In this document: positions 38,826-52,500 of the stretch, in pieces | Position numbering within the stretch: the first letter of the stretch is position 1 | How the letters are laid out: each line of letters opens with the position of its first letter | Assembly (NCBI GenBank): GCA_965235115.1 | Contig: OZ249450.1 | Location: forward strand, 21,824,001 to 21,888,000 | Source: Laetmonice hystrix | Lineage: Eukaryota | Length of the DNA: 64,000 nucleotides | Direction of reading: 5' to 3' | Notes under the pieces: generated by a model | Told to the model about the DNA's origin: nothing | What the model saw: only the letters and a program-made list of their open reading frames with translations | The model's database searches: none | Position numbers and translations under genes: made by a program

Positions 38826-41800
38826 CTCGTGTTGAATCTCGCGTGACTATGGTGGCGCCATCTAGCGTATATTAGAGAAATGATTCTGTTGCAATCCGCC
38901 AGGGTACATGTGGTGATCCGCCAGGGTGCGTCCCAGGTCCGGGCCTCCCGCCTGTACCGGGGGGGGGGGGGGGGGCACAGTTGGGCAAGTAGAACCCGTA
39001 GCCATGACTCCCAAAGCTTTCTGGCAAGCGACAAACGAATTCCTGTATAGTTTTTCACCACGATAATAATTGCCCTGTGTCCATTGATGGTGGGGTCGCC
39101 CCAGGAAGTGTGCATGATTTCTTTTTTGGTTGTTGCCCCAATTCCCATCCCGAGGTGGTTTAAAAAATAAATCACCAGCGTCATCTTGACAACACATTTT
39201 TATTCTAGAAAAAACACAATTCTTGTACACAGCTTACAGCATGTTTGTACAGCAATAGTACAATTATATTGGCCTAAAACAACCTAACTAGCTTGCTACC
39301 ACACAGCTGACTGTCACTGGACAAACAAGTAAGGTTTTCTGACTGCACCATTACATGACAGGAAGACAAAAACGATGGGACCACACACACATACACACCC
39401 CCACACACACTTCCCAAATTGACGTCTATTTATAATAACACGTGTCAGGACCAATCTGCAAGTTTGGCTTAAAAACTTCAACTGACTCCAAATACTGGAA
39501 TTACTTTAAATTATTCTTTCATTCTATCACTTTTATAACATAAGGGCTACTTCTGACAAACGCTCAGCATTGCCCTGAATGCCGTTAATTATGTTTAATA
39601 CTCATAGCGGCTCTGCTGTCCCAAGGGTGTGTCAATGTGCAGAGAAATCAAAGGGTCTCTTTTGTAACAGAAGAAAAATGGTGCAAAAGTCAAAGAATGA
39701 TTGGGGCGCTTATTATAAAGCAAATGGTGGACAGGCGTTCTGCAGCCGCTCCTAAATGCGACAAGGACCGACAAGTTCAAATTAAGCTCAGACAGATATA
39801 GTACCTATGAGAATTCTTAAAGATGAAAAGTCTACAAGCTACTGTTATATTCTACCGTCAACACTGTTACAGTCACATCTTCACGTCTCAAACATCTTTT
39901 ATACTTTCAATAATATCCTGCTAATGAAAAAAATGTCATTCTTACATTTGGATAAATTCACCAACGGGACACACTCACTAGCGGACTAATAAATACAATA
40001 TGATGATAACATTAATAAGGAGAGGCACAGATTACGATTAACGCCGCAGTACTGACAACGGACAAAATATCTTTGCTGGAATCTCCGGGTAATTAGATTA
40101 GTACGTACTTCAACCCGTTCTCGCCTATTGCTATCATAACTCTAGACACATTCGCCTACAACATAACGACAAATCTTAAAACTGGACCCGATTTTTGAAA
40201 TCTTCAGATTTTACCTAATCTTAAAGTTTCTGATTTTCTGATTGCGTTAGACCAGGCAATCAACAAGATCTTCATTTTTCGAAAACCGAGGATACAGATC
40301 TCTGCGTCTGGAATGTTCCTTTCACAATTTACCTGAACCGGGTCAAAATTTCTACAGCACATCTGTCCAAGAATCCAACCGTTTTGGGAGCTGCTCGCTC
40401 CGTCCAAACTCTGATATGGGTCATTTCTCTTCAGCTCAATTAAAACCGAACTCCAGTTTTTCTCAACTGTAACCTTGTCTTAAACGTAACACTACGTCTC
40501 GGACGTACAACTTCTCTCACAACAAAATCAAGGCCAGAACGGCTTCGCCTCATCTTCACACAATTATTTCAAAAAGGTCTCCATTAAATTCCCTTCTACA
40601 GAACATGTCACAATTCTTGCAACATCTACTAAGACTTTACTTTGTTGGTATTTTCCAAGCACGGCCTTCCCTGAATTTCAAGACTATCTACATCTTCCTC
40701 TTACATAACTTACATATTCTAACTACAGCAAAGTTATAATCTCCCTAAACACGCTCAATATTACGTCAGAGAGAAATAAAACTACCTTCTATGTGCGCGT
40801 CAGACAGTGTTTCCCCCAGATATCTTAACCTGGGGAGAACACTGTTTTCCGTACCTAAATCTGTTATCCCACATAGTTCCCACTTGTGCTATTGAATATT
40901 CAGTTGCCATTCATTTGGTCACAGCGTTTTCTCCGCTCTTTAAGAAAAACCCCACCTCTGTTGTATGTCATGTTAAAAATGTTAGTATATTGACCGGCAC
41001 TATACCATACCTAATCTACAGAACAATGATAAACATCTAGGTTAACACGTCACACATTAAACAGGCTCGTTCGCCTTCACTCAACTTACTCTCAATATAT
41101 CCTGACTACAAAACAGGTTTTGTTTTTAGACTGACTAGATAAATGGCGGATTTTCCCATGATATGAAATGAACCAGACTGAAATTTTTAACCAACCGTTC
41201 CCACCTGCAGCACCTGACTGTCACTTAACTGACGATTTTTTTATTTTTGTTTTTTTTAAATTTCTCTCCCTCCCACTTCTTTATTTAAAATTAATTTTGA
41301 CTTTCATCAAGTACACATCTGGTGTGTGATGATTGACAGCTGTCAATGTCACTATAATTATGGCACGTCTTGTAGTGCAGTAGCAGAACTACTATACATT
41401 TGGTTTCTAAACATCTACTTTACCTTTCTTTTCGTTAACGGCTACAATATTCGCAACATATTTATCCAATTTTCTTTATCATTTCCAATCAAATTCTACC
41501 TAATATGTCACCAGCATTAAATAAATTCACGAAGGGTCGAAGTCAGTCTTCAGATCCATCTCCAACGCTTGAACCTTTAGACTCTGCCCCCCTCCCCCCT
41601 CCCCCCTCATTTCTCTCTTCTGGATGACTATTGTCATCCTTGAGCTGTTTGAGAACGAAAGTATGTCACTCACGATGATGAGTTTCGGGTAGCGTCAAGT
41701 AATGATTTACCAATTTCGGGATTCAAAACCAATAATTTCTCAAAAACTGTTGGCATGTGTTAACCATGACGCCGACGGAAAAGCACCAATTGTTGGGCAA

Positions 41801-42164
41801 CAATAACCAGACTTCCCAGAGGGGGAGTTGGGGGGGGGGGGGTGCTCATTCTCTAGCTTCATGTACTGCTACTGTGACTCATTATTGACAATAAGAACGC
41901 CCCGTAAGTCTGCCATATTGAATCTCGACATACATGCACACTCCACCCACACATCTTTCACGTGCACACACACAACAAACACACACGGACACACGCACAC
42001 ACAGAACGAGAACCCTGCTGTCGGCAGGTTCAAACTAACAATATCTCCCGCCAATTCTTTCTGTGTCCTTGCTCAGGTTAAAACTTTCTAACGTCAAACT
42101 CTGTCTTTATCAGAGTGTAAGGAATCAAACATTTTACTGCAGAACTAACCTTCCATTTCAACAC

Positions 42165-42539
42165 CATAAACACACCTGCACAGATCGAAGTGCACCCCAT
42201 ATTTATCATAAACACACCTGCACAGATCGAAGTGCAACACCATATTTATCATAAACACACCTGCACAGATCGAAGTGCAACACCATATTTATCATAAACA
42301 CACCTGCACAGGTCGAAGTGCAACACCATATTTATCATAAACACACCTGCACAGATCGAAGTGCACCACCATATTTATCATAAACACACCTGCACAGATC
42401 GAAGTGCAACACCATATTTATCATAAACACACCTGCACAGATCGAAGTGCAACACCATATTTATCATAAACACACCTGCACAGATCGAAGTGCAACATCA
42501 TAAACACACCTGCACAGATCGAAGTGCAACACCATATTC
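42165..42539. repeat. 43-bp minisatellite, ~9 copies
   Basis: CATAAACACACCTGCACAGATCGAAGTGCAACACCATATTTAT; starts at 42165, 42207, 42250, 42293 and onward. Confidence 0.95.
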
Positions 42540-42776
42540 AAACTCAAAATGATTAGCCTTCTGCTACCAATTTCACTAAACGTTACATATTTCCACATTC
42601 CGGCCATTTTGGCATTTGTTCACAATTTGTTCACACCACTGTTCGTATAAGACTGTGCGGGTATATTAAACAGAAACCATGACAGTTTCTGACCGTCTAC
42701 TTCACTTCTGCCTATAACATCTTACATCCGCTAATGCTTTTGTTTTTGCAAAGAATTCTGCGGCCTGACACTGATT

Positions 42777-42782
42777 TTTATT
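42777..42782 (-). terminator. Candidate SMCHD1 polyadenylation signal AATAAA
   Basis: TTTATT on the plus strand about 570 nt past the SMCHD1 stop; use is untested. Confidence 0.35.
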
Positions 42783-43351
42783 CTGCTTGCTCAATGTTTT
42801 GTGTGCCATATACTATATGTTTATAATAGTCCACTTCCTATGGCACACTTTAGTCCTGTTGTCCTGATAGTCAGACATTGTGTTAAATACTATCATGTAT
42901 TTTCAAAAGCATGATTACATATAGCCGTGACTTAATTACATATGACAAAAACACATCAGCTGCACTTTGATGAAAAGAGTATAATCGACGGCAACCAATT
43001 GTTTTGTTGTTTCCTATTTCTTGATTGGTTTGTCAATTTTCATTAATGCAAGGTAACTCACCACTGTTGAATACGACTAATGATGCAGTCACACTTTCAA
43101 TGACTCGTTTAACATTAACTCTCATTTTGACGGGTTCAGTTTTGATTACTACCACACCAGCCTCAGTCACGATTAAATTTTGAGTATGTAAGCTGAATTT
43201 TGGTCGTCATCTTTGGTTTGGTCGTCAACGGTAGAGGCTAGCGTCGCTGTACATACTGAACTATGACGGGTTAGCAAACCCTGATTGTGGAGAAAATACC
43301 TTGACGCAGCGACGTCTGTCAAACTACCAGATCAGATCGCCTCATCTTTCA

Positions 43352-43569
43352 TCATGTTCTCCGTGAGCGCTTGCGGCCCTCACTGGCAGGAGTCTCTGCT
43401 GCAGACCGACGGAGCGAGCTGCGCGTTGGAGTCGCCGGCGTGTCCCCGTTTACTGACGACGCAGCGGATGTAGAAGTGCGTGACCTTTTGACCGTTGGTT
43501 CGTCAGGGCTGGCAAGGGATGCGGAGGCTGGGCGTCGGCCGCGTTGGGTTCCTCCTGCTGGTGTCATGC
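43352..43569 (-). CDS. SMCHD1: SMCHD1 last coding exon (basic S/T/P-rich tail)
   Basis: [13 protein letters not shown]...RKRSRRT-stop; acceptor GCTGTAG, phase 1. Confidence 0.85.
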
Positions 43570-46500
43570 CTACAGCAGGGGTAGGAGATAAAGGGACAAT
43601 TATACACAGGCACAGTCACATATCATAACAGTCTCGATGGGAAACTGATTGGTCATTAAATTACTTTGCTTATAACATATCTACAGGATCAGGGCCTCTA
43701 TCATTGGCTATCATATCTTCTCCCTTCAACATTTCTGGGGGTTCTTTTTGATGGCGGGAATAATTATACATGTACCGCGTACTCAAGTGGAAATCATCAT
43801 TCTGAACATCACCACCCTGAGCAACCTAACTAACCGTGTTTCCATTAATCAAAAATCCAACCTTACTCTGATTATAAAACAAAAACATTGATAGAAATCA
43901 ACTTCTGGTCAGTAATTTCTAATAATTCTAATAATTTCATGAGGTTTGGACTACTCGAAAGAATATTTCAAAATCTGAGGTAACCAGACTAACCGAGGCG
44001 TGCTTCAATATCGCGCAGCTGCTCCTCGGCCTCGGTGCACTCGCGCAGTTTGGCCTTCATCTCGGGCGTGCTCTGATGTGCTTGTTGGTCGCTAAGCTCA
44101 GCCTCCGCATTCTGACGGCGCTGCATGGCCCCGCGGTAATGCTGCAGCATGTCTGAAATACAGTTCAATGTCAGCGTATTTCTGTAATGTTATCTTCTCC
44201 CTGCACCATCCAGAACTTAACGATGATTCTTACATTAAATCTCTGCACTTCTACAATACATGTACTCCTGTTTCTAGACTCCTTAACAGGCCTGGAATCT
44301 GCTTTCATCTATTGGCGAGCACGGACTAGATTTTAGAATCTACAGAAAAAGCTCATGTCTGTGGATGGCTTGGTTTGACTTACCGATCTGTGTGGCTAAC
44401 TCGTGGAAGTGAGCTTTGAGGGGCTCCCCAAACACAACACCTCGCAGTTTCTCTATTGGCAATGCTTTGTTCATCAGACCTCCAAACTTGCCGTTACTAC
44501 GGATACGGTCACCTTCCCGGGTCAGAATAGTTGGACAGTGGGTTGACTTGACAATCTGAGGGTAACCAATGAAGTTATATCAATACATCTAATACACGAG
44601 ATCTGGGAAATGTTCTTGTGTGCGACATTTTTAGATATTTTGGAAATATGACAAAAAATCAGAAAGATTTTCAGCACGTAAAAGTCACGCAAATGGCGTG
44701 AAAAATATGCACACATGGAAAGGTTCAAATGTGGCCCAAATAAAGAGTACTTTCACAGAAAATACCAAATTCTTGAAGGACTGCAAAACAGAAAATTTGA
44801 ATGTGAGAAGATTGTGAAGAATACAGAATAAGACTGACCTCTTGCCGGTAAGCGTTCGCATGATCCAATGTGTCCAAGATGATTGTGTCACCAAGCAACA
44901 TTCCAAAAACTGAAAAACAATCAACCAACACATTTTAAAAAAGTTTTCAAAGTTGGTCAACCTCATAAGTTTCATTAATCGCCGAAATTCTCGAGTGACT
45001 GATCAATTATTTTCCAATTTTCACCACAGAAATGATATTATCACAGTACAACAACTACAAATACTAGTCATGTATGTATGTTTTCCTCGACAGAACTGAC
45101 CAATCTTGCAGCTGTCCTCGCTGGCTGGGAAGACAAGCAGGTTGCGAGCATACTGTGGGTTTCCCGCCGGTCTCCAGCTGGGTTTGATTCGCTCGTGGGG
45201 AAGTGGCCTGTACAAACACAGAACACCATTTTTATTGCCAAAAGTTACATAAATACTCAGGCTTTTGTTATAAAATTTGTGTTATAATATGATATTTCCT
45301 TTTAGTATAGACTCCTCAAACATCTCACCAAGAAATAAAATTAACTTTATCAATGAACTTACTTGTTCCAGTCTGGCAGGTTTTTTTTATAGATGGAGTC
45401 TAGTGGTAGAACTTGTTGCTTGCCGTGTGATTGGTTGTAGATCTCTTTGGCCTATAAACCCAAAACCATCAGTAAATAAACAATTTATAGATTGTGATGT
45501 AGTGACAATATTAGGGTTTTAAAATTTATTAAATCAGCCAGGGCTCTCGATGACCCGTGGTCTCGGGTCAAATACGCACGAAGTGTGTAGTCTGACGCAC
45601 AATAAAAACCAGCAGGAGTCCGTGCGATGCACGAAGATTCCCCCAATTTTGACCCCCAGACTAGAGAATGGTATGCTGGGTTACAACCCTTCACCGCAAA
45701 AGGCATGCTCTCGTCGAGTGGCTAATTTCATTATCTACATATCAGCACACTCAACAACACGTTGACTACGAGTTTAGATTAGACAAAAATACTGGCATGC
45801 ATTTGACTCTTCAAAGTTGTGAACCGACCATGCTTGACCCCTGACTTTTGAGGGTTGTTTCCCCCCCCCCAAAAAAAAAAAAATAGACAGAAAGACAGAA
45901 GTCTCTGACCCTTCTACTGAAAACTCCAGTGAGAGCCCTGATCAGCTTTCGCCCTGTACTTTGAATGTGTAATTAATGTCTAATCATTTCTTCATCACAT
46001 TGAGATGTTACCTTCCGAGTTGTGAGTGTAACGACACAGTCCATGTCGGCCGACATGTGCCACGACAGAACGCGAGCTATGTCATTGTCCTCCACCTCTG
46101 CAAGGTGAGCAATCTGAAACATACAGTTAAATCTTTGCAGATATCTAGATCTCTATGGGCCCTGGGCGTCTTCATCTCAAGACAGACTTTGTCAGGTGAT
46201 GAGGCCAAAGGCGGATCATATGAACCCCAGGGTGAAATCCTCTGTTGTCATGAGAACCAGCTGGTGGTGACTTACCTTACCAAGGACCTCCGGATCCTTT
46301 AGGGCCGGTTGAAGTCCACACATTCGACGTGGTTGTTTCATTAGCTGGTCCTTTTCCTTGGTCTTCCCGCTGACCACGTTCTCTACCGCCTCCAGCTATA
46401 ACATGTATAACACAAACTCTAATACTATCAGAGCCCAGACCTATGTGCTACAGTGTCACAGATCTAGTGTCACAGTTTTAGTGTCACAATAGTGTCACAG

Positions 46501-49500
46501 ATCTAGTGTCACAGTTTTTGTGCCACAGTTCCAGGGTCACAGTAGTGTCACAGTTCCAGTGTCACAGTTCAGTGTCACAGTTCTAGTGTCACAGTTCCAG
46601 TGTCACAGTTCAGTGTCACAGTTCAGTGTCACAGATCTAACCTATATTTATTAAGGAATCGACCTGGGCCTTTTTTATCATGCATGTATTTCTCATTTGC
46701 TGCACAGATTCTTGTACGTTTGTTACTACATTGTATTTAGACAAATGTATTATAATGTTTGTAATCTTATTTTGCCTTCATATGTCTTGCTCTGGCCAAT
46801 AAACTTACTACATATGAAAAGCAGCAGTAAAATGTTTCTGCTGTCAACCTGAAAATCTTACAATAAGACTAAGAATGAGCTGACTTACGGAGCTAAGCTG
46901 ACTGGCTGGAATGGAGCGTTTCCGGAGGTCCGACTTTATCTTCTGCTCCTCCTTCGTCGCTTCCGTCAACGACACTGGCAACAAAATCACCACTTATATT
47001 GATTTGGATTTAGATTGGGGTTTAACGCGTCCGCAACATCCAGGGTCAGATTGAGGTAGTCAGTTATAATGGATGAGGAAACGGGAGTATCCCGGGAAAA
47101 AACACCGACCTTACATTTATGGTGAGGGTATGACATCTACTAAGTGCAGGATTTCCTGTAGGCTTTTTTTTGTGGGGGGGGGGGGGGGGGGAGACTCCCA
47201 ACAACGTTTTCTGACTGTATTTTATTTTTAAAAATCCTACTCCTAAGCTTCCCTCCAAAAAACCTGTCGCCCCCCCCCCCCCCAAAAAAAAGGCCAAATC
47301 CTCTAGGAAACCCTGACGTCTGTAACCAATAAATAAAGCACAGCTACCCTAACAATCCTCAATGCCCATGTTCCAGATGCAAAGTTTGATACAATAGCCA
47401 AACTTTTGGCCCAAAGATTATTTTCATAACCATTGTACAGATTTATCCGCCAAATCTAAATGTAGCCAAATGTCAAATAGCCATTTTTTAACTGTTCTAT
47501 GAAAGCACTACACTTAATGAAGATGGAACAGACTGATTAGATAGATAGACATTTCTATGGCAGAGCATTCTAACATAATATTTATTACTTTTTTTTAAAC
47601 TACCATTATTTTTTCTTGCCAAATCATCAGAATAGATCAATTTATTGAATTTATCAATTGGCAGCACTGGTGAATGGCAACATACTTTTGAGCTCATCGA
47701 TGAGCTGCTGAGTGGTGTCAAACAGCGACTTGTAGGTACGGATCGCGTTACGCAAACTGTCACGTTCCTTGGTGAGTGCTGCCATCTGTGACTGTTTCTT
47801 CACATCTATAAACAACAAAAACATACAAATTAAAATTTCACTGAAGATCTCACGGAATCCCGAAGTTAACGGAACTTCAGGAGATGACATAACACAAAAC
47901 AATGAGCACGTATTTCTTGTACTAATCGGGTTTGGCCAACAATCAGGGGGTTTGGGGCAGGGGCAGAGGTAACAATCAGGGGGTTTGGGGCAGGGGCAGA
48001 GGTAACAATCAGGGGGACAGTTAGGGTCAGGGTGAGGGATATTAATTTTTTTTTTCACCACCAAATTTTGTGAGGTTGACCATTGTCACCTCTACAGCTA
48101 TTACATATTACTTCACGCCAAAACTTTGGACGACAAAGGTGCAAAAACAGCTTGTGATATTCTCATGAAGTATCTTACAACCTACTAATTTATTCTTTTT
48201 TCACTAATTGGTTTCCACCTACATGCCCTTCAAGGTTCCGTACCTAATCAAAAGAATGTACCCCAGAAATAGCATGTTGTATTTCCTGGCCGTGTTATGT
48301 GTGGGTTTATACATGGCCTCTTGGCCCCTCCCCCCGGCCCCGAACTGGGTTGAGGCACGCCCCCCCCCCCCCACTCTCCGGTACCAGAGTGACGGGGAGC
48401 TGAGAGGCCTCCCCCCCCCCACTCCTGGCACACACACACACCAGTACGGTACCCGCCGCTACCTGATATAACAACGGACCCACACACAATCATGGATTAA
48501 TTAAACCTTAATCCCCGGAGATTACCACACCCTGGGCGTGCCTGCCAACAGGCCAGCGGGAAGGTGAGGGGTGCCCCCCGTTACACAACCACTGGATGAT
48601 CCAATCCCATATAACAACGCTCTTTTTCTTAATATTCAGCCTTGGTTGCCATGACTTTAATTAATTCATAAGAAAATCAATACATTCACGAAACTGCTCA
48701 CAATGACAGATTTAAATTTATTTATTTATTTATTTGATGACAGAAAAGTACACCGTCCCTCTTGTACAGCCCATCATGTTTCAATCACTTCCTATCTACA
48801 ATATGCACTGGTCCATAAATCCACTAAACCCACCTGTTCACATCCCCACAAAGTCTTACACTTCATGGGGAGAGATCTCACAAAGAAAAATCCCAGTCGT
48901 GAATAATTAAATGATTCCCGACCAGTAGGAAGTGACGGTGCGAAGGTTCCAGGTGGGGTCTTTTTAAAACAGGAAGATCAGAACAAGGCTAGGTCGTGAA
49001 AATATTAAATTTGAATTATCCCGACTCAGACCTAATCAACCTAACCAAGAATACATGGAGCACAGGATAATGAGGGGACAAAATGATCTTTTTACACAGG
49101 TTTATTGTCGGCGAGCAGCGGAGTGAACATCTACTCGGCGCGGTATCACAGTGTTTTGTTTCCACAGCAACACAGCCCCCCCCCCTACACACACACTCCC
49201 CCCTCCCCCCTCCCCACTCAACCTCCATCCTGCTCCAGTCTCAATCAAGGTAGGAGGAGGAGGAGCCCTGTCCAAGTGGAGCATGTACTGGAGGATACCT
49301 CCGGTACGGAGTAAGTAAAACTCCAGTAAGTTGTCACCTGGAGTACCTGAACCCCGACCCGAGCTAGCCCTGGAGGAGTGTTACACATACATGGTTATCT
49401 CAGCCACATGGATACACTCTCGTTACCTGGAGTCTGCATATATATACCAAATATAGGATGAACTCTAACCCTGGCTCAGCTCACAGCATATTCTATAATG

Positions 49501-52500
49501 GGTAAGTCACCGGGACTTTCATCTTTATAATGCAACAAACATGGCATATGTTGTACGGTTTATAAACAAACCAACATGATATAGTGTTATATGCGTTTGG
49601 TATATGTTATATGGTTTATAAACCACCTAACATGGTATATGTTATACGGTTTATATGGTATAGTGTTATAAGTTTTTGGTATATGTTATATGGTTTATAA
49701 ACCACCTAACATGGTATATGTTACATGTAGTTTATAACCAACTAACATTGTATATGTATACCCTAATTCTATTTCATACTCTTCCACTTTGGATTTCTTC
49801 CATTCACTGCAGTACAACTCTCAAACTCTGTCGGATGCGACCACTAGGAGAGCAGCTGGATTAAAAATGTATTTAGGTCTGTACCCCAGAGGGTATGTAC
49901 TGAACCGCAGGTGATAACTTTTTACATCTGAACCGAGCTTTATTTTCCTTTTCTTCTGCTGACTCATGATCAACTGAACTGACTGAGCATGTGAACAACT
50001 GAAGCAGGAACTTATGGCATGGACCAAACTTAGCATATGGAGAGAAGACTTCATCCAGAATATGAGTGATATTAACCTAATTAAACAACTAATACCAACA
50101 TACCAATCTCAGTTTGCTAGTTACTTGCTTTTGACGGGTACTCCAGTTGTTTCTACCCGTCACAACTGGTCGCTTCTATGCAGAGGTGTAAAACGTCAAT
50201 CCCATCCCAATCAATCCCCAAAGTCTATACATAAACCTTATAACTTATATCACTGTGGTAAATCCAAAATCCAAACCGATTATCAAAAAAATTGTTGAAA
50301 ATAACCCGTGGTATTTAGAGACAACCCTGAGAAGTAAAGAGCGTTTTTAAACCAGGGGGTTTGATTAATTTAGCGGTCATGTTACAGGTCATGTTGGCCA
50401 TGTCCTCGTTAGCTGCCAGTAGTTGTCAGCAGTAGGTGAGAACATTGTGGGGGGAGGGGCGCAGCCGTGTACTCCGTTACGTACACATAGACATGCAACT
50501 GGTGTTAGCAGGCCGCGGTGGTGGTCAGTAGGGGCTGGTGGGTCTGATCGATAACTGATCAATAACCGATAATGGCCAGCGCTGATCGCCGCCACTCCCT
50601 CCCCCCCCCCACCCCGCCCACTGTGAGTCTCAGACCTAATTAATCCCTCTCCCACCATCAGCATCCCAAGTTGTAATCAGCGCTGTGTACAAACAGGGAA
50701 GGCCCCACAGTTTGTCTGAGAGCGGGAAATGTTTGAATACACAGTCAACACGGTGGTGATTATTATTCTCCAAGATAGTTTACCGGGAATTCTGTACTCT
50801 CATAATAAGAGAACAGAATTTGGTGGCTGAATATTCCCCACTATCATACATATACTTTGGGAGTTTAATCCTGGTGATATATAATATTTGAGGTACATTT
50901 ATTATTACATGACATGATATTGCATGACATACCACAGCAGGCGGTCGACAGCCGTGGACCCCGTCGATCACTGACTGACTCTCCGACCCACCATACAAGA
51001 CGAGTCAGAGGTTTTTTTACCACTCCAAACGACAATGTATTAACAAACATGATTGATGGCTACGACTGGCAAGCTGCTCTCTTCATTTTTTTTATTTTTT
51101 TTTTGAGATTGAGGGAGGGCAGTTGTATTTCGTATGTCTACTTAATACTCCCGTGAAAGAAATTTCCGAATATGTATAACAGATTGCCACTGACTTCATT
51201 TAAATCAAGTGAGAAGTTGGTGGGCGATGACCAGTAAAAAGTCTATGATTGCGGCCTCGTCCTGTGACTCACCCACGTCCGAGCACCTGGTGTGAGGTGA
51301 AACTCATTACTAGAGACAGTCAGAGCACACCTGTGTTCATCAGTTATTGGTGATCAATCAGTCATTGTCACGGTCCATTGGTCGGCGGCCGGTCCCCTCC
51401 ATAACTACCCTCACTTGGTTGAGGTGACAAATGTAGAATGGACGCGATCAGAACACTAATTTCACCAATCAATAACACACTCAAACTTTCAAGTCCTATT
51501 AGCTAGCTCCGTATTCACTAATAGAAAACACATCGCTCTGCTGAAAATATAATTCTTGGCGTAGCTGAAATCAAAATTCCCTTTTCAAGTATTACGAATT
51601 GGTGACAGCAAACTTTTTTCCCATATTAATTTCAATACCACGGTAAAATTACTATGAATGAGAAATTTAACACATTTAACTTATTAAGCATCTGGTCCTA
51701 AATACCCCAAAGTGCCCCCCCCCCCCCATGGGAATTGATCAAGCCACGTCCTAGTAGACGCCATCGATCGCCCCTGACCTCCCACCCCCACCCCCACCCC
51801 CACCCCACCAGCTGACAGGGTCGTCAGCTGTGGCCCGCCGTAACTCAGCCCCATCCCCCGGCAGACAGCGACCGACAGTTGGTCGACCGTCGGACTGAGC
51901 CGGGACGAGTCTAGCCACTGCCAGGACACGTGTCCAACACGGCCCCCACCCGTACATCTACCCCGGCAACAACTGACTACTCGCTACACCCGACAACAAC
52001 GTCAGTGTGAGTCGAGGAAATCAACTCAACAACTGACTACTCGCTACACCCAACAACAACGTCAGTGTGTGTCGAGGAAATCAACTCAACAACTGACTAC
52101 TCGCTACACCCAACAACAACGTCGGTGGGAGTCGAGGAAATCAACTCAACAACTACTCGCTCCACCCAACAACAACGTCCGTGTGAGGCGAGGAAATCAA
52201 CTCAACAACTGACTACTGGCTACACCCGACAACAACGTCAGTGTGAGTCGAGGAAATCAACTCAACAACTGACTACTCGCTACACCCAACAACAACGTCA
52301 GTGTGAGTCAAGGAAATCAACTCAACAACTGACTACTCGCTACACCCGACAACAACGTCAGTGTGAGTCAAGGAAATCAACTCAACAACTGACTACTCGC
52401 TACACCCAACAACAATGTCGGTGTGATTCAAGGAAATCAACTCAACAACTGACTACTCGCTCCACCCAACAACAACGTCAGTGTGAGTCGAGGAAATCAA

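Noticed and set aside
38486-39230. 232-aa and 122-aa minus-strand ORFs
   Set aside because: No recognisable domain; they cross a poly-G run, and the more gene-like signal (ATG plus donor) is in the third frame.
39500-40700. Possible L1/Tx1 ORF1 relic (KNEDLVDCL; VRCQYCG) on the minus strand
   Set aside because: Heavily interrupted; cannot be supported without a profile search.
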